Source of the DNA: Chthoniobacteraceae bacterium
GTDB taxonomy: Bacteria > Verrucomicrobiota > Verrucomicrobiia > Chthoniobacterales > Chthoniobacteraceae
Assembly (NCBI GenBank): GCA_031409655.1
Contig: JANNXQ010000067.1
Coordinates: forward strand, 1 to 48,868
Direction of reading: 5' to 3'
Length of the DNA stretch: 48,868 nucleotides
The position numbers were made by a program, and so were the translations under genes. Of this stretch, positions 26,019 to 36,230 are shown piece after piece. The notes below the pieces were generated by a model, which had not been told where the DNA came from, searched no databases, and was given only the letters and a program-made list of their open reading frames with translations. Numbering within the stretch: position 1 is the first letter of the stretch; every line of letters starts with the position of its first letter.

Positions 26019-28355
26019 ATGAAAGTCCGCCTCGCCGCTGCCCTCCTCCTCACGTTCACCTCCTTTGCCGCCGAGCCGCCACCCGCGGATCTGCCGTGGG
26101 ACAAGATGGACCTCGGGCCTTTCCACACCGCGTGCGTCACCGTGGACGGTCAGGTCACGGCCAAGGGCATCGCGATCAAAGTCGGCACCAAGGAAGATCC
26201 GGCGACGCTGCTTTTCGATCCCGAGTTGCTGCGAATGAGCGCCGCCTGGACGGGCGGGCTGCTGAGGTTCCCGCGCAAACGTGGAGGACTCGAAGGTCAG
26301 GTCACCCCGGATGGCGAAGTGCGTTGGGTCACGGGCTACGCGCCGGGCTGGGCGGCGGGGGCCATCGGCGAAGATCCGCGCGCGGCGCATCAGGGGAATC
26401 TGCCGTCGGAAACCGCGCGGTATCGCGGACTCACCGTGAATGGCGGGCGCGTCGTGCTGCGGTATGCCGTCGGCAAGACGGAAGTGCTCGAGCTGCCAGG
26501 CAGCGACATCCGCGGTGGCGCGCGCGTCTTTACTCGCACCATCTCCATCGCCCCGACCACGAGCGCTCTCTCCCTGCTCCTCTGCGACGTGCCCGCCGGC
26601 AGCGTCGTCGCCAGCGGAGAAAATCTCGCCGTCGTCGAAGCCGACGAATTTGCGACGGCGATCATGCATCACGGCACGCCGCCGTTCACGAAGTTCGTCA
26701 GCACGTCCTCGGGCCGCGTCGCGCTGAAGCTCCCACCGCTCGCGCAGCCGCTCACTTTTCAAGTCGCCATCTGGAGCGGTCCGAAAGTCACGCAGCCCGC
26801 GGATGCTGCGTTGACGCGGGATCCCGGCCCGCTGCCCGACCTCGCCGCACTCGGCAAAGGCGGCCCCGCGCAATGGGGTGCGCCGCTCCTCACGCAGGGG
26901 AAGCCTGGCACGGCGGAACAGCCTTACGTGGTCGATGAAATCACCCTGCCGGAGGACAACCGATTCGGCTCGTGGTTGCGGATCGGGGCGCACGATTTCC
27001 TGCCCAATGGCGACGCGGTAGTCGCGAGTATCAGCGGCGATGTGTGGGTGGTCAGCGGACTCGACGAAAAGCTCGAGCAAGTGCAGTGGCGGCGCTTTGC
27101 CACCGGCCTCTTCCAGCCACTCGGCTGTCGCGTCGTCGATGGGGTGATCTACATCCTCGGTCGCGATCGGATCACTCGTTTGCGCGACCTGAATGGGGAC
27201 GGCGAGGCGGACGACTACGAGAGCTTCAATGGCGACAGCGTGGTCACGGACAATTACCACGAGTTCGCCCTCGATCTGCAGACGGATCGCGCGGGAAATT
27301 TCTACTACGCGAAGGGCTCGCCCTGGCCGCCGAAAGTCACGAGCCCGCATCAAGGGTGCATGCTCAAAGTGAGCAAAGATGGAGCGAAACTCGAAGTCAT
27401 CGCCACTGGCCTGCGCGCGCCGAACGGCCTCGGCATGGGGCCGAAAGACGAACTGACCTCCAGTGACAATCAAGGCCACTGGATGCCCGCGAACCGGCTG
27501 AACTGGATGCAGCCCGGCGGCTTCTACGGCATGGTCACGGCCGCGCACCGCGACCTCACTTTTAAGAAAGCCGACGGCACCGAGTTCACCGCCAATCCAA
27601 GCACGGAGGCGGCGCGGATCGAGCACAAGACGGAGTTCTTCGGTGCCGCCACCATGCCCATCCCGACGACCATGGATCAGCCCCTGTGCTGGATTCCCAT
27701 GGCCATCGATAACTCCTCCGGCGGCGAAGTCTGGGTGCCCGAAGGGGACAAGTGGGGGCCGCTCGGCGGGCGCATGCTCCAGCTCAGTTACGGGAAATGC
27801 ACGCTCTTCTCCGTGCTCCGCGAGGAAGTCGATGGCGTGCAGCAGGGCGGCCTCGTGCGTTTTCCGCTGACCTTTGCCAGCGGCATCATGCGCGCTCGCT
27901 TTAGCCCGAAGGATGGCCAGCTCTACGTCAGCGGACTGAACGTGTGGCAGAGCAGCGCCGCAAAGTTCGGCTGCTTCGCCCGCGTCCGCTACACCGGACG
28001 CACCGCGACCATACCCGTCGAACTCAACGCGCTGAAGACCGGTGTGCGTCTTACTTTCACTGCACCGCTCGACGAAAAGAGCGCTGCCGACGCGCAGAAC
28101 TACAGCGTCGAGCGCTGGAACTATCAATGGACCGCCGCCTATGGCTCACCGGACTACAAAGTAAGCGACGGCAAACGAGGCCGCGATCCGGTTTCCGTCG
28201 ATGCCGTCACCCTTTCCCCTGATCGCAAAACCGTCACGCTCACGCTCCCCGACATGGCTCCGTGCATGCAGATGAAGATCAAATACTCCATCACCACCGC
28301 CGCCGGCGCCGAACTGGACCAGGAGATCCATCACACCATCCACGCCCTGCGCTAG
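26019..28355 (+). CDS. Secreted PVC-type beta-propeller protein (DUF6797/sorbosone dehydrogenase-like)
   Basis: Signal peptide; FATGLFQPLG, DLNGDGEAD, ATGLRAPNG, SDNQGHW motifs. Confidence 0.75.
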   Translation: MKVRLAAALLLTFTSFAAEPPPADLPWDKMDLGPFHTACVTVDGQVTAKGIAIKVGTKEDPATLLFDPELLRMSAAWTGGLLRFPRKRGGLEGQVTPDGEVRWVTGYAPGWAAGAIGEDPRAAHQGNLPSETARYRGLTVNGGRVVLRYAVGKTEVLELPGSDIRGGARVFTRTISIAPTTSALSLLLCDVPAGSVVASGENLAVVEADEFATAIMHHGTPPFTKFVSTSSGRVALKLPPLAQPLTFQVAIWSGPKVTQPADAALTRDPGPLPDLAALGKGGPAQWGAPLLTQGKPGTAEQPYVVDEITLPEDNRFGSWLRIGAHDFLPNGDAVVASISGDVWVVSGLDEKLEQVQWRRFATGLFQPLGCRVVDGVIYILGRDRITRLRDLNGDGEADDYESFNGDSVVTDNYHEFALDLQTDRAGNFYYAKGSPWPPKVTSPHQGCMLKVSKDGAKLEVIATGLRAPNGLGMGPKDELTSSDNQGHWMPANRLNWMQPGGFYGMVTAAHRDLTFKKADGTEFTANPSTEAARIEHKTEFFGAATMPIPTTMDQPLCWIPMAIDNSSGGEVWVPEGDKWGPLGGRMLQLSYGKCTLFSVLREEVDGVQQGGLVRFPLTFASGIMRARFSPKDGQLYVSGLNVWQSSAAKFGCFARVRYTGRTATIPVELNALKTGVRLTFTAPLDEKSAADAQNYSVERWNYQWTAAYGSPDYKVSDGKRGRDPVSVDAVTLSPDRKTVTLTLPDMAPCMQMKIKYSITTAAGAELDQEIHHTIHALR

Positions 28356-28376
28356 ACTTGGATGGCGCGGATGCTT

Positions 28377-28470
28377 GGACCACAGATTTCACAGATTACA
28401 CAGATGAAGAAAAAAAGGGGGAAGAGCCGCTTTTCTTCTCCATCTGTGTGATCTGTGAAATCTGTGGTCC
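28377..28470. repeat. Palindromic extragenic element built from 9-bp units
   Basis: ggaccacagatttcacagattacacagatg ... catctgtgtgatctgtgaaatctgtggtcc, 30-bp near-perfect inverted arms. Confidence 0.85.
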
Positions 28471-28491
28471 TCACCTCTGAGGTATCCAAGG

Positions 28492-30186
28492 TCACACCCG
28501 AAAGAGTGCGCCCATCTTTTTCCCGAGGATTCGGCTGGTGACGATGATGGTGATGCCGAGGAAAGTCATGGCCCACACGCCCAGGGCGGCGGCGACGAAG
28601 CGGCCTTCGCCCATCAGTTGGAAGAGTTCGTAAATCGCTTTGGTGATGGGGAAGTGCTGCTGTTTTTGCGCGAGGATGAGCGAGTCGGAGACTTCGAGCA
28701 TGGCGAAGGAAAAGGCGAGCAGGCCGCCGGCGAGGACATTGGCGGCGATGAGGGGGAAGGTGATGCGGCGCAGCGTGCGCAGCGGCGGGCAGCCAAGATT
28801 TTGCGCGGCTTCCTCGAGGGTCACGCTGGTCTGCTGCAGGCCAGCGACGGCGGAGCGCACGACGTAGGGCAGGCGGCGCACGGAGTAGGCGATGATGAGC
28901 AGAAGGGTGGGATCGCGGGACGGATTGAGGAAGACGAAGGCGCGGCCGTCTTGGGTCATCGAGATGTAGCCGAAGGCGAGCACGAGGCCGGGCACCGCGA
29001 GCGGGAGCATCGCAAGGGCGTCGAGCACGGCGCGGCCGGGCAGGGTGGTCCGTACGACGACGTAGGCGATGGCGACTCCGAGCACGAGATCGATGAGGGT
29101 CGCGCAGCTCGCGTACTTCAGGCTGTTTGAGATCGACGGCACGGTGAGGTAGTGGCCGAGCGCGGTCTGGTAACGATCGAGCGTCCACTCGCCGGGCAGC
29201 ACGGTCTGATACCAATCGCGCGCGAAGGAGACAAAGATCACCCCAAGGTGCGGGAGCAGCGCCAAAAAGGTGATGCCCGCGAAACCGAGCGCGCAGCACC
29301 AGCCCGCGAGCGGACTGATCGCCCGCGCGCCGCTGCCCGTCGTCGCCTTTGACATCCCTGCACCGTCCGTTTTTCCAAAGGCCAGCTTGCTCACCGCATA
29401 CATGAGCACCGTGCAGACGAGCATCACGACCACGAGGGCGAAGGGGAAGGGGTTCCCGGCAATCTCCTTGATGCCGTAGAAAATCTGCACGGAGGTGACG
29501 CGGGTGACATCGAAGATCAGCGGCACACCGAGTTCCGTGAAGGAGAAGATGAAGACGATGGTCCCGCCGGCAAAGAGCCCCGGCATAATCAGCGGAAGGG
29601 TGATGCGCCAAAATTTTCGCAAGCCAGTGCAGCCGAGATTCTCCGCGGCTTCCTCCATTGCCGGGTCGAGATTGGCGAGCGCGGCAGTGAGGTTGAGGAA
29701 GAGGATCGGGTAAAGGTGGAGCGCATTGAGCGCGATCACGCCCCAGAGGCGGCCTTCGCCCAGCCAATCGAAACCGCCGCCTGGCTCGCAGAGACCGAGA
29801 TGCGTGAGGAGCGCATTGAATCCGCCATTTTGCCCGAGCATCTGCCGGACGCCGATCGCCCCGACAAAGGGCGGGAGAATCATCGGCACGAGGAGCAGGC
29901 CGGAGAGCAGATTCTTGCCGGGAAATTCAAAGCGATCCGTGATGAAGGCGAGCGGCAGCGCGATGGCGAGAGTCAGCGCGGTGCTGGCCACGGCAAGGAG
30001 GAAGGCATTGCGCAGACCTTCGAGGTAGATGCGATTGCGGAAGACCTCGGCGACAAACTCGAAGGTGAAATTTCCATCCGCATCGAGAAATGCTCCCGTG
30101 AGCGTGGCGCCGATGGGCCAGAGAAAAAAGCAGGCGAAGAAGGCTACGGTGAGCAGCCAGACGCACCAGGCGAAGGTCTTCGACAT
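28492..30186 (-). CDS. Fe3+ ABC transporter permease (FbpB-like)
   Basis: Two EAA motifs (MEEAAENLG, LEEAAQNLG) in a duplicated permease. Confidence 0.88.
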   Translation of the reverse strand: MSKTFAWCVWLLTVAFFACFFLWPIGATLTGAFLDADGNFTFEFVAEVFRNRIYLEGLRNAFLLAVASTALTLAIALPLAFITDRFEFPGKNLLSGLLLVPMILPPFVGAIGVRQMLGQNGGFNALLTHLGLCEPGGGFDWLGEGRLWGVIALNALHLYPILFLNLTAALANLDPAMEEAAENLGCTGLRKFWRITLPLIMPGLFAGGTIVFIFSFTELGVPLIFDVTRVTSVQIFYGIKEIAGNPFPFALVVVMLVCTVLMYAVSKLAFGKTDGAGMSKATTGSGARAISPLAGWCCALGFAGITFLALLPHLGVIFVSFARDWYQTVLPGEWTLDRYQTALGHYLTVPSISNSLKYASCATLIDLVLGVAIAYVVVRTTLPGRAVLDALAMLPLAVPGLVLAFGYISMTQDGRAFVFLNPSRDPTLLLIIAYSVRRLPYVVRSAVAGLQQTSVTLEEAAQNLGCPPLRTLRRITFPLIAANVLAGGLLAFSFAMLEVSDSLILAQKQQHFPITKAIYELFQLMGEGRFVAAALGVWAMTFLGITIIVTSRILGKKMGALFRV

Positions 30187-30262
30187 GGCGGCGAGATGTA
30201 GCGGCTGGCAACAAAAGCTCCAAGCTCCAAGCAGCCCTCGGGTTGTCGCGCTACCGAAGCCC

Positions 30263-30997
30263 ATGAAATCCCTTGCCCTCACTTCCCTCCTCACGCTTGC
30301 TTTTCTGACCATCGCCGCCGCCGCCGCCGATCCCAAACTGGCGGCGCCACGCCCGAAGCGCGCGACGCCTCCCGCGTTTTCCAAAGTCGAGGATGTCGCT
30401 GGCCTGCCGCGGGTGCTGCTCATCGGCGACTCCATCTCGATCGGCTACACCGTCGAGGTGCAGAAGCTCCTCGCGGGAAAAGCGAACGTGCATCGCATCC
30501 CGACCAATGGCGGCCCGACACCGAAAGGCCTCGCCAATCTCAAAACCTGGCTCGGCGACAAAAAGTGGGACGTGATCCACTTCAACTGGGGCCTGCACGA
30601 CCTCAAGTTCATCGCGGGCGATGACAAAGAGAAGATCGTCCCGGCGAGCACGCTAGGCGCGGTGCATCAGGTCTCCCTCGCCGACTACGAGAAGAATGTC
30701 GCCGCCCTCGTCACCCAGCTCAAAGCCACCGGCGCGAAGCTCATCTGGTGCTCGACCACACCGGTGGTGCCCGGCACGAATGGGCGCAGTCCCGAGGATG
30801 TGTTGAAGTTCAACGAAGCCGCGGCCCGCGTTATGAAGGCCGCCGGCGTCGCGACGAATGATCTCTACGCCTACGCGCTGCCCCGGCTCGGCGAAGGCCA
30901 TCAACTGCCCACGAACGTCCACTTTTCGCCCGCCGGATCGAAGATGCTCGCGGAGAAAGTCGCCGCCGAAATCACCGCCGCGCTGGCGAAGAAGTAG
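30263..30997 (+). CDS. Secreted SGNH/GDSL hydrolase
   Basis: LIGDSIS, FNWGLHD, NVHF motifs; signal peptide. Confidence 0.88.
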   Translation: MKSLALTSLLTLAFLTIAAAAADPKLAAPRPKRATPPAFSKVEDVAGLPRVLLIGDSISIGYTVEVQKLLAGKANVHRIPTNGGPTPKGLANLKTWLGDKKWDVIHFNWGLHDLKFIAGDDKEKIVPASTLGAVHQVSLADYEKNVAALVTQLKATGAKLIWCSTTPVVPGTNGRSPEDVLKFNEAAARVMKAAGVATNDLYAYALPRLGEGHQLPTNVHFSPAGSKMLAEKVAAEITAALAKK

Positions 30998-32546
30998 GCC
31001 GGGTTTTTCCGCGCACCGCGCGAAATGCCGCATCCGCCGGCACCGCGAGGAGCACGATGAGCACCGGCCACGCGGGCGCGAAGTAGCGCGGATTGACCTG
31101 CGAGAAAAGGAAGACGCCCGCGAGATAGCTCGCGGTGATGAGCGTCCACACGCCGACGCGCCGGAAGAAAACCGGGAGCAGCGAAAGGACCAAGCCCGCG
31201 ACGAGCCAGCCGCCGGCGAGGGTCGGGCGCGCGTCGCGCACGCTGCGGGCATTCGAGCCAGTGCGCATCGCGGGCGTCGTGAAGAGATCGGCGCCGCGCA
31301 TGTAGGCGCCGACCCACGCACTCACCGCGCGAGTCCGCCAGGAGTCCGGCGCGGGTGAAAGCTGCCGCACGAAATCCGCATAGGGCGCGAGCGGCCCCGC
31401 GCCGAGGTGAAAGGCGAAGCGCGTGGCATTCGCCGGCTTGCGACCGGCTTCATCGTAAAACCGCTCAAGCCGCCCGACATAGTAGCTGGGCTCGAAGCGC
31501 TTCTCTTTGAACTCGGAAGGATTCGCCGAGGCGAGCAGCCGTTGCCAGCCGAGTTGCAGGAAGCCGGCGGGACTGCCCTTGATGCCCTCGAGCGCGAGAT
31601 CCAGGTAGATGCGGGCGCGGAGGGTGTCGTTGCGCTCGAGTTTTTCCCAGAGCGGGTGCCCAGGTTTCACGCTCGGCTTTTCCAGGAACTCAAAGGCCCA
31701 CGACTCCTCGTCCGGGTAGCTGTGCAGATCGCCGCGCAAGGTCTCCACCTTCTCGCGGATCTCCGCTTTGTAATCCGCGTGCAGCGCGGTCTCGGTGCGG
31801 GTGAGGGGAAAGGTGGCGGTGTAAAGGAGCCACGCTCCCTGCTGTCCGGAGCCAACGGCGAGCGTGCCGAAAATCAGCGCGACGAGCGCGACGTAGTGGC
31901 GGCGTTGCAGCCCGCGCCAGGCGCCCGTAAGGACGATCCCGGCGCAGACGCCGGGCCACACAAAACGTCCCGAGGGCTTGGTCAAAATAAAGACCGCGAA
32001 AGGCACGAAGAAACACCAGAAGAGACGCCGTGCGCGTTCGACGTTCGCTGTTCCGATCCAAGCGACCCAGCCCGCGAACGCGCAAAGCAGCGCGCCGAAG
32101 AAGACGGTCTCGCCGAGCAACTCGTGCTCATACCAGAGCAGCACCGGCATGCCGGTGTAGAGCACCGTGATCGGCACCACCCACCAGCGCCAACCGGCAA
32201 AGCTTTTGCGGACGATGTAGGCCAGCGGCACGAGCGTCGCGAGCCCGAGGCCGTGTTGCAGCCAGGCGACCCAGCGCAGCGGCGCGCCGGGCAGCGCGGC
32301 AATCGGGGCCATGAGCAGCGGGTAGATGAAACGCCGCTTGTCATCGAGGCTGATATAACCCTTCTCGAGCAGGGTGTAAGCGAAGTTAAAATAAGAGCGC
32401 GAGTCGCTGCCCCAATACGCGTAAGGCAGGTAGCTGAGAAAGAGCAGCCGCAGCACCGCCCCGAGGAGCAGCGCGGGCAACGCCCACCAAAGCGCCTCGC
32501 ACAGGGTCGGGTGAGTACGGAGAAACGAGCGAAGGCGGACGAACAT
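30972..32546 (-). CDS. Polytopic membrane protein, probable GT-C glycosyltransferase
   Basis: DSRSY early loop, LLGET, KP, PRY motifs, many TMs. Confidence 0.6.
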   Translation of the reverse strand: MFVRLRSFLRTHPTLCEALWWALPALLLGAVLRLLFLSYLPYAYWGSDSRSYFNFAYTLLEKGYISLDDKRRFIYPLLMAPIAALPGAPLRWVAWLQHGLGLATLVPLAYIVRKSFAGWRWWVVPITVLYTGMPVLLWYEHELLGETVFFGALLCAFAGWVAWIGTANVERARRLFWCFFVPFAVFILTKPSGRFVWPGVCAGIVLTGAWRGLQRRHYVALVALIFGTLAVGSGQQGAWLLYTATFPLTRTETALHADYKAEIREKVETLRGDLHSYPDEESWAFEFLEKPSVKPGHPLWEKLERNDTLRARIYLDLALEGIKGSPAGFLQLGWQRLLASANPSEFKEKRFEPSYYVGRLERFYDEAGRKPANATRFAFHLGAGPLAPYADFVRQLSPAPDSWRTRAVSAWVGAYMRGADLFTTPAMRTGSNARSVRDARPTLAGGWLVAGLVLSLLPVFFRRVGVWTLITASYLAGVFLFSQVNPRYFAPAWPVLIVLLAVPADAAFRAVRGKTRPTSSPARR

Positions 32547-32614
32547 CGGCGGGATATACGGAGCGCCCGAAAGTTTGTCACGCGCCCGTCCGACCGGGTG
32601 GGTTGCTCGAAGCC

Positions 32615-34078
32615 CTACACTTTCTCGGGCACCACGTAGGGAGCGCGGTATTCGCGGGTGAGCAGTTTGTCGGCGGCGGCGTTGCCGACGAATCTCTCGG
32701 TGTCCGGATTCATCGTCAGGAATTCGCCGAGGGTCAGCTTGTCCACATCGAGCGGCACTTCATTCGCCCCGAGATGGCCGATGAGGCGCTCCAGGGAATC
32801 CATGGCGTCCTTGTTGCCTTTGGCCTTTTCGCGGAGTTCATCCGGCGAGGCTTTCTTGCCGAGGACGTAGGAGATGTTGCCGGTGTGGCAGAGGGCGCTG
32901 GAGAGATGACCGTCGAGGATTTTGCCGTTTAAGTCAGCGCTCTTCCGGCTGCGGACGGCGGCGATGAAATTGTCGAAATGGTGATCGCTGCCGATCCCGG
33001 CTCCTTCGCTTGGTTCCTTGAATTTTTGCAGTTCCTCGCCATCGCGGTCGTAGGCGATCGCGATGTCGTTGTTCGGGACTTCGATGTGGCCGTTCTCGTA
33101 TTGAGCGATGATGCCGACGCTGACGTTGCGATACTTATCCATGGCCTTGGAGCCGGTCATATCTGGCAGGCCGCGGACTTCAAAGATGAGCGGCGCCTTG
33201 GCGTAGTCATGCATGATGTACATGGAGTTTGGCGTCTCGCCGTCGTCGATGTAACCCAGCCGTCCGCCGACGGAATAAACCTTCGGTGAAAGCGCCGGAT
33301 CGCCAAGGAAGCGGCGGGCCATATCCATCTGGTGGATTCCTTGGTTACCCAGGTCGCCATTGCCGGTGGCCCAGATCCAGTGCCAGTCGTAGTGAAACTT
33401 GGTGCGCATGACCGGCACTTTCGGCGCGGGGCCACACCAGAGATCGTAGTCGATATTGTCGGGCACGGGCTGCGCTTCGGTTACTTTTCCGATGCTCGGG
33501 CGTGGCTTGTAACAGAGGGCGCGGACGTATTGGAGCTTCCCGAGGCTTCCGCCTTTGACCCACTTCAAAGCGCCCGCCATCCCGGAACTCGAGCGGCTCT
33601 GCACACCCATCTGCACGATGCGGTCATACTTTTCCGCAGCCTTCACCAGTTGGCGTCCTTCCCAGACATTGTGCGAGACGGGCTTCTCGACATACACATC
33701 CTTGCCCGCCTGGCAGCCCCAGATCGCGGCGAGCGAGTGCCAGTGATTCGGCGTGGCGATGGAGATGGCGTCCACATCCTTGCTCTCGAGCAGCTTCCGG
33801 ATGTCCTGATAAGTCTCCACGTCCTGATTCTTGGCCTTAAGCTGGGCGACTCCTTTTTCGAGGACCTTGGTATCCACGTCGCAGAGTGCGACGATGCGGA
33901 CGCCTTTGGCTTTCAGGTAACCCTGGATGTGGGCACCGCCGCGGCTGTTGAAGCCGATGATGGCCACGCGGATATCGGAGTTTGCGCCCTCGGCTTGGGC
34001 GCGGACGCGGGCGGGCAGGGAAAGAGTCGCAGCGGTGGCGAGGGAACTTTTGAGGAAGTTACGGCGGGTTTGTTTCAT
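32615..34078 (-). CDS. Gfo/Idh/MocA oxidoreductase with Tat signal
   Basis: TRRNFLK, ATPNHWH, VYVEKP motifs. Confidence 0.92.
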   Translation of the reverse strand: MKQTRRNFLKSSLATAATLSLPARVRAQAEGANSDIRVAIIGFNSRGGAHIQGYLKAKGVRIVALCDVDTKVLEKGVAQLKAKNQDVETYQDIRKLLESKDVDAISIATPNHWHSLAAIWGCQAGKDVYVEKPVSHNVWEGRQLVKAAEKYDRIVQMGVQSRSSSGMAGALKWVKGGSLGKLQYVRALCYKPRPSIGKVTEAQPVPDNIDYDLWCGPAPKVPVMRTKFHYDWHWIWATGNGDLGNQGIHQMDMARRFLGDPALSPKVYSVGGRLGYIDDGETPNSMYIMHDYAKAPLIFEVRGLPDMTGSKAMDKYRNVSVGIIAQYENGHIEVPNNDIAIAYDRDGEELQKFKEPSEGAGIGSDHHFDNFIAAVRSRKSADLNGKILDGHLSSALCHTGNISYVLGKKASPDELREKAKGNKDAMDSLERLIGHLGANEVPLDVDKLTLGEFLTMNPDTERFVGNAAADKLLTREYRAPYVVPEKV

Positions 34079-34159
34079 GGGTAGGAGGATTGAAGGTTTG
34101 GGAGGGTGATTGCTTGGCGGGAGCTTTGGTGATTGCGTGAGATTTCGAGTAAGTCGGGG

Positions 34160-35149
34160 TTACTTTCCGGCCACGTATTCGGCATACCGCTCGTTCACTT
34201 TCGCCTGCTCGGCATCGCCTTCGTGGAAGTAGAAGCGATACCGGAAGGTGACGCTCTGGCCCGCGGGGATCTTGAATTCGCCAGCGGCCTTGTTCGGCAG
34301 CTTTTCAAACTGCGCCTGACCAAAAGGATTGGCCGCAAACAGACCATAGACGCGCACATGCCACCACGTGGGGTGGCGCGGATTGGTGGGGTGATCGAAG
34401 ATCGCGACGCCGGCCGTCTTGCCATCGAGCGGGCCGAAGTAGTCGCACCACTTTGCGCGGGTGCCCCAGGCTTCGGCGTCGCGTTTTCCCTCGCTGGTCA
34501 CGATGTGTCCTTCGCCGGGTGCCGCCTTTTTCGCGCCTTTCACCTTGGGCTTCTCCACGCGCATGGTCTCGGACACCCGGATCGCCATCGCACCATCCTT
34601 GTCGTCGCCGAAGATTACATCCTTCGCTCCAGCCTTGATCGTGATGTCGAAATCGAGCGCCTGGCCCGGGCCGGCCTTTTGCACGCGGATCGTCCGCTCG
34701 TCGGTGCAGAGCACTTCGCCGCCCTCGTCGAGCACCCACTTATTCTTCGCGCGGATGACGCCGACTTCGCCGCCTTTCAGTTCGAGAAAGCCATCATGCA
34801 CGATCTGCCCGAGCGGCGTGCCCGGCTTCGCGGTATCTTCCCAGAAGCCCGCGCCATTCACATGCCGGTGCCCAAACCAGAGGCCCCGGTGATGAATATG
34901 ATCCGTCTCCTCGCCTGGGACGCCTTCGAGCATCGGCCAGTTGCGCGTCATCCCCGCGCCGGTCGGTCCGACGATGGGATAGAGATAGGGGCGGCGGGCT
35001 CCGGTGAAATGGTACTCCGTGAAAAGCTGGCCATCGATTGTCACGCGGACGTGATCCGCTTTTTCCATGACGGTGACCTCCGCCAAAGCGAAAGGCGCGA
35101 GTGCGCAGGTGAAGAGGAGGGTGAGAAGAGCGCGGGGGGATTCGTTCAC
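34160..35149 (-). CDS. Secreted DUF6807-like protein
   Basis: PYLYP, DHIHHRGLWF, DHPTNPRHPTWWHVR.YGL motifs; GTG start inferred. Confidence 0.75.
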   Translation of the reverse strand: MNESPRALLTLLFTCALAPFALAEVTVMEKADHVRVTIDGQLFTEYHFTGARRPYLYPIVGPTGAGMTRNWPMLEGVPGEETDHIHHRGLWFGHRHVNGAGFWEDTAKPGTPLGQIVHDGFLELKGGEVGVIRAKNKWVLDEGGEVLCTDERTIRVQKAGPGQALDFDITIKAGAKDVIFGDDKDGAMAIRVSETMRVEKPKVKGAKKAAPGEGHIVTSEGKRDAEAWGTRAKWCDYFGPLDGKTAGVAIFDHPTNPRHPTWWHVRVYGLFAANPFGQAQFEKLPNKAAGEFKIPAGQSVTFRYRFYFHEGDAEQAKVNERYAEYVAGK

Positions 35150-35342
35150 GGGGCGGAAGTTGGCGGGTGGTTGCCGGACGGTGCAAGCAAACAACCGGAT
35201 TGCCGGGCGGTTTGTTGGAGGAATCTTCCTGCCGGAGAAAGGCGGACGGCGCGGGGGCTCTGGCGCTGGATCGAGACCCGGGTTTTTCCGGACGAAGATG
35301 GCGGGATTGAAGATTGCGCACACAAACCTACAGTCCCGCCTT

Positions 35343-36221
35343 ATGAATTCTGTACTTCGTCTTTCCGCGGTCGTCACTTTGGTCGCCGGGCTCTGCTATG
35401 GCTGCTCCAAGAAGGAGGAGGCGGACGTGGTGGAAGCGGGCGAGCAGGCGTTGCCGCCAGAGGAACGTGTGGAGCCGGCGCTCGTGGCGGATGCGGCGGC
35501 GAGCGCCGAAGCGGTACCCCAGATCTCCGTGCCCGAGCCCGCCGCGCCAGCTCCCGGAGCTCCCGCCGCCACGACCCCGCCGATGAATGAATTCGCGGCC
35601 GAGGCAAAGGCCTTCGAGGACTGGTGCCAGAAGTACGCGCTCAATGCGAGTGATCCCGCGATGCTCGATGCGGATCCGGATGGCGACGGCATCCCGAATC
35701 GCGACGAGTTCGTCGGTGGCAGCAATCCGCTCGACCCGAAGTCCCGTCCGGGCATTCACGCCGAGATGCGGCTGAAGACCTACAATGAGGTGAAACTGCC
35801 GGTGATGCTCGACTCAGTGGAGGGCGACAAAGCCTTTCTCAAGCAGATCGAAGGCGGCGACGCGAAGCCGCAGACGGTCAAGACGGGCGACAGTGTGCAG
35901 GGGATGAAAGTGGGGCGCGTGCAGAAGCGCCGCGACTTCGACAAGAGCGGCAATCCCATCGATATCTCGCAGGTCACGCTGGAAGATCCGGCGACCAAGG
36001 AGCGCGTGCTGCTCGTGAAAGGTTTGCCCGCGCGCACGGCGGCCACTTACGCAGTGATCACGTCGGCGGACGGCGAGACTTCGATGCAGGTCAAGCAGGG
36101 CGAGACCTTTGAGTGGCCGAGCAAGCCGGGGACGCTTTATGTGGTGATCGACATGAGCGCGGATCAAGTGGTGGTGCAGCAGGTGGAGAATCGGCGGGTG
36201 TGGACGATCGCGCGCGAGTAG
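35343..36221 (+). CDS. Lipoprotein with Ca-binding DPDGDG repeat, Amuc_1099-like
   Basis: Lipobox CYGC; DADPDGDGIPNRDEF...NPLDPKSRP followed by beta-rich region. Confidence 0.6.
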   Translation: MNSVLRLSAVVTLVAGLCYGCSKKEEADVVEAGEQALPPEERVEPALVADAAASAEAVPQISVPEPAAPAPGAPAATTPPMNEFAAEAKAFEDWCQKYALNASDPAMLDADPDGDGIPNRDEFVGGSNPLDPKSRPGIHAEMRLKTYNEVKLPVMLDSVEGDKAFLKQIEGGDAKPQTVKTGDSVQGMKVGRVQKRRDFDKSGNPIDISQVTLEDPATKERVLLVKGLPARTAATYAVITSADGETSMQVKQGETFEWPSKPGTLYVVIDMSADQVVVQQVENRRVWTIARE

Positions 36222-36230
36222 GGCGCGGCC

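Noticed and set aside
34160..35149. Methane monooxygenase subunit
   Set aside because: Soluble secreted family sometimes labelled PmoA; lacks the multi-TM structure and pmoCAB context
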